Positions 61,095 through 64,000 of a DNA stretch of 64,000 nucleotides are shown here, in pieces (position 1 is the stretch's first letter; every line of letters starts with the position of its first letter). The notes beneath the pieces are model-generated. The model saw nothing but the letters and a program-made list of their open reading frames with translations. It did not search any database and was not told the DNA's origin. The position numbers were made by a program, and so were the translations under genes. This DNA comes from an uncultured Acidobacteriota bacterium (GTDB lineage Bacteria > Acidobacteriota > Vicinamibacteria > Vicinamibacterales > 2-12-FULL-66-21). The stretch lies in NCBI GenBank assembly GCA_963695655.1, contig CAVOHG010000008.1, forward strand, positions 909,380 through 973,379. Direction: 5' to 3'.

Positions 61095-61570
61095 CTGCTG
61101 ACTCCTTCCTTGACGAGGATTTCCGGGTGCTGACCTCAGAAGCGTTCGACTTCGTGCTGAACAACGAGCTGAAGCGGGCGGTCAGGTCACAGAACTTCCT
61201 GACGCTCGTGCATGTCGAACCAACCGTGCGCGGCGCGCAGAACGGCGGCCACGGCGACCGCGACAAGGCCGTCCGCGAGATTGCCCGACTGATCAGCCGC
61301 GAAGTCCGCGAAACCGATCTCCTGGCGCACACCGCGAACGGCCGGCTGTCGATCGTGCTGCTCGACGCCGACATGCCGAACTCGATGGGGGTCATCGAAC
61401 GCCTGATGTCCCGTCTCGACCACTACGAATTCACGCAGCCGCTCGCCATCGAGGTTGCAGCCGCCTGTTGCCCCACGCACGGCGCCGACGTGGATTCGCT
61501 CCGTCGCGCCGCCGAAGCGCGGCCAGTTCACCCCCGCCGCGACACCCGCGGCAACGCTTCGAACGCCTAA
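61091..61570 (+). CDS. degenerate GGDEF-like domain protein (no GGDEF motif)
   Basis: GTG start overlaps the bEBP stop (GTGA). FDFVLNNELKRAVRSQNFLTLVHVE ... RETDLLAHTANGRLSIVLLDAD follows the GGDEF fold pattern, with ANGRL in place of GGDEF/GGEEF. Confidence 0.5.
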   Translation: MTADSFLDEDFRVLTSEAFDFVLNNELKRAVRSQNFLTLVHVEPTVRGAQNGGHGDRDKAVREIARLISREVRETDLLAHTANGRLSIVLLDADMPNSMGVIERLMSRLDHYEFTQPLAIEVAAACCPTHGADVDSLRRAAEARPVHPRRDTRGNASNA

Positions 61571-61584
61571 CCGAAGGTGAGTGT

Positions 61585-62307
61585 ATGAGGATCACAACCA
61601 CTGCCCCGTTCTCTATCGCGATTCTGCTGAGCATGGCGACCATGGCCGGTGCACAGACGAGCGCGGGGGCCGCGTCTTCGTCCTCGCGACCGGCGCAGCC
61701 GCCGGCCGACACCGCGGCCCCGGTGATGCCGGCCACGCCGGCGACGAACACGCCATCCGCGCCGACGACCGCGCCATCGTTGCCGCCGGCAAAGCCGGAC
61801 AACACCGCGTCAGCGAATACGTCACCCGACTACCGCCTCGTCCCCGGGGACAAGCTTCGCATCGAGGTCTACCGCGATGCGCAGCTGTCGCAGTCGCTCC
61901 AGATCCGGCCGGACGGAAAGATCACGATGCCGCTCATCGGCGACGTGTCCGCCGAGGGCCGGACCGCCACCGAACTGCGCGATTCGCTCGTGACCTCGCT
62001 CAAGGAATACAACACCAACCCGGTTGTGACCGTGATCGTGGTCGAGACCGTTCCGCCGGTGTTCTATGTGATGGGCGAGGTGAATTCGCCCGGGACCTTC
62101 CCGATCAAGGGGCAGGTGTCGGCGGTTCAGGCGCTGGCCATGGCCGGCGGCTTCAAGGACTTCGCAAAGACGAAGGACATCAGCGTGCTGCGTAAACGGG
62201 CCGGTGGTGGTATGCACGAAACCCTGAAGTTCAACTACAAGGACGCGCTCAGAGGTAAGGGAGAGCCGATCTATCTCCAGCCCGGCGACACGATCATTGT
62301 CCCGTAG
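61585..62307 (+). CDS. polysaccharide export protein (Wza/EpsE-like: Poly_export plus SLBB)
   Basis: Signal peptide. YRLVPGDKLRIEVY...IRPDGKITMPLIGDVSAEGRTATEL...VMGEVNSPGTFP...VQALAMAGG...LQPGDTIIVP. Confidence 0.9.
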   Translation: MRITTTAPFSIAILLSMATMAGAQTSAGAASSSSRPAQPPADTAAPVMPATPATNTPSAPTTAPSLPPAKPDNTASANTSPDYRLVPGDKLRIEVYRDAQLSQSLQIRPDGKITMPLIGDVSAEGRTATELRDSLVTSLKEYNTNPVVTVIVVETVPPVFYVMGEVNSPGTFPIKGQVSAVQALAMAGGFKDFAKTKDISVLRKRAGGGMHETLKFNYKDALRGKGEPIYLQPGDTIIVP

Positions 62308-62332
62308 GACCGGAGAGACACCGAGGCAACTC

Positions 62333-63524
62333 ATGCGAACGAACCTCGTCGTCCGAGCTGTTGGAATCGTGATTCTCCTCGCGCCTTGGCCGATTGCCGC
62401 GCAGGAGGTGGAGACCCTGTCCGGGAGCCTGCCGGGCTGGAGCGTCACGCCCGGCATCAGCGTTGGCGCGGGGTATGACTCGAACGTTGCATTGCAGAAT
62501 ACGCCTGCGGACACGGGACAGACGGTCTCCGACGAACTGATTCTCATACAACCCACGGCGCAGCTCGATTTCCTGTCGCCGCGGACCCAGTTCTCCAGCG
62601 GGTACCACGGAAACGTGCGGCGGTACTTCGAGCTGGATCAGCTGAACGGTTTCGACCAGCAGGGGTACGCATCGCTCCGACGGCTGGCATCCAAACGCGT
62701 GACTCTCGCGATGAGTGAGAACTACGCCCGGACTCCGACGACTGACGAACTCGAGCTCTATGGCGTGCCGTTCCTTCGGACGGGTGCGCGGCGTAATACG
62801 TTCGGCGGCGGTGTCGATACGCGACTGACGAAGTTCATGGACCTGTCTGTCGGTGTCGACCACACCTGGGTGGCGTTCGACCGCACGAGCAGCCTGCTGA
62901 CGGGCGGCTGGGTCGCGGGCGGGCGGGTCGCCCTGAGCCGCCGGATGCGCGAGCACCTCTCGGTCGGCGGCGAGTACCGGCTGCGCTTCGCGGAGATGAA
63001 CGAAGACACCCGCAACCTGACATTCCAGGACGCCGGCGCGACGGTTCGGATCGGGCTCGCCCAGCGGACGAGCGTCGGGGCCGCGGTCGGCCTCGCGTTT
63101 TTGAACGATCGGTCACTCGGGGAAAAGCGCCAGGGGCCATACGTACCGAGCCGACGTGACGCGGAACACGGAGCGCGTGACAATCGGCGCCGCATTCGAG
63201 CGGACATTTGTACCGTCGTTCGGCTTCGGGGGCTCGAGTCAGAGCGAAATGGTCCGCGGCTACGTCCGCATGCCGCTCGAACGGAACCGGATGTATGTGG
63301 AGGCAGCCCTGTCCTGGCGCCGCAGCGACCCATTCCTGAACGACGCGTTGGTTCTCCAGACGACCACGCTGCGCTCCGCCGTTGGATACTCGCTGGCGCG
63401 TCACCTGCGGCTCGAAGGCGTTTACGCGCTCAGCCGCCAGGACACGCCGGTCGCTGGCGGTGACGTCAACCGTTCGCGGATAGGTGTCCAGATCGTCGTC
63501 TCCCAACCCATGAGGATCCAGTGA
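62333..63524 (+). CDS. outer-membrane beta-barrel protein of EPS loci (PEP-CTERM-system-associated type), one frameshift near 63145
   Basis: Signal peptide MRTNLVVRAVGIVILLAPWPIAAQE. Alternating beta-strand pattern (GISVGAGYDSNV, TAQLDFLS, VGGEYRLRF). Continuation is in ORF 63156-63524 and ends with barrel-like strands. Length is 3n+1. Confidence 0.6.
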
Positions 63525-64000
63525 TGGAAGAACGTGCCTTTCACCCGCTCGACTACCTGACCGTCGTCAGCCGCCGCAAGTGGTGGCTGATCGTCCCGGT
63601 CGTGCTGGGCGTAATCGCCGGCATCACCCTCGCGCTGATGTGGCCCAAGGAGTACATCTCGGAGGCGAAAATCGGTATCGCCGCCCCGACACTTTCCCCC
63701 GAATTGCTGCGCGGCGTCAGTTCGCTCGACAAGGAGGAGCGGCAGCGCGCGATTTCGCAGCAGCTCCTCAGCCGGCAGGTCCTCGAGCGCGTGGCGCGCG
63801 AGGAGAAGCTCGACCCGAGCAAGCCGGTCGAGGACGTGGCGGGATGGCTGCGCAGCCGTGTGGTGGTGCAGGTCGACCAGCCGATCGGCCGCATGGAGAA
63901 CAAGAACGGTCTGGACAGCTTCGATCTTGGCTACGTCGACTCCGAGCCGAACCGCGCCCAGCGCATCACGAATCGCCTCGCGTATGTGTTCGTCGAGGAG
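63524..64000 (+). CDS. polysaccharide chain-length determinant (Wzz/EpsF-like), N-terminal part, continues beyond window
   Basis: ATG overlaps the preceding stop (TGATG). Open to the window end. Manual translation: MEERAFHPLDYLTVVSRRKWWLIVPVVLGVIAGITLALMWPKEYISEAKIGI...LLSRQVLERVAREEKL, a typical Wzz N-terminus. Confidence 0.8.
   Translation, partial: MEERAFHPLDYLTVVSRRKWWLIVPVVLGVIAGITLALMWPKEYISEAKIGIAAPTLSPELLRGVSSLDKEERQRAISQQLLSRQVLERVAREEKLDPSKPVEDVAGWLRSRVVVQVDQPIGRMENKNGLDSFDLGYVDSEPNRAQRITNRLAYVFVEE

Overview
GC-rich bacterial chromosomal segment. The gene content suggests an Acidobacteriota-like organism: a CarboxypepD_reg-type TonB-dependent receptor, PEP-CTERM-style EPS export genes and a Tes/GDGT-MAS-like radical SAM enzyme. 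That taxonomic call is inference only.

Layout:
- 1-13.6 kb: minus-strand housekeeping genes glyQS, recO, mgtE, an ECF sigma/anti-sigma/lipoprotein module, era, corC(ybeX)-ybeY-phoH(ybeZ), aspS and hisS. At least 20 single-nucleotide reading-frame breaks fall in this block.
- 13.6-28 kb: gamma-CA-like protein, moaA, HtrA protease, two beta-propeller proteins, a TPR protein, a large TonB-dependent receptor and a Gfo/Idh/MocA oxidoreductase.
- 28-43 kb: one long minus-strand array. It runs Tes-like radical SAM, GH2, galM, GH39, FUSC, ABC transporter, NDP-sugar pyrophosphorylase, GHMP sugar kinase, NTase-fold protein, EEP phosphoesterase.
- 43-45.5 kb: msrPQ and a sensorless histidine-kinase-like gene.
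- 45.9-64 kb, the most unusual part: four paralogous secreted right-handed beta-helix proteins with shuffled accessory domains, an APH-like kinase, a SAM methyltransferase, a tiny protein with a C-terminal sorting-signal-like tail, two sigma-54 enhancer-binding proteins and a degenerate GGDEF protein. These are followed by Wza-like, outer-membrane barrel and Wzz-like EPS export genes. Consensus -24/-12 sigma-54 promoters sit upstream of the transcription units here.

Intergenic regions throughout carry families of tandem heptanucleotide repeats (STRR-like), often as inverted arms, plus four copies of a perfect 20-nt palindromic hairpin. No rRNA, tRNA, CRISPR or recognisable mobile element was found.

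Only 2 frame breaks were seen in the remaining 50 kb. This is most simply explained by locally poor consensus quality, not by pseudogenisation.
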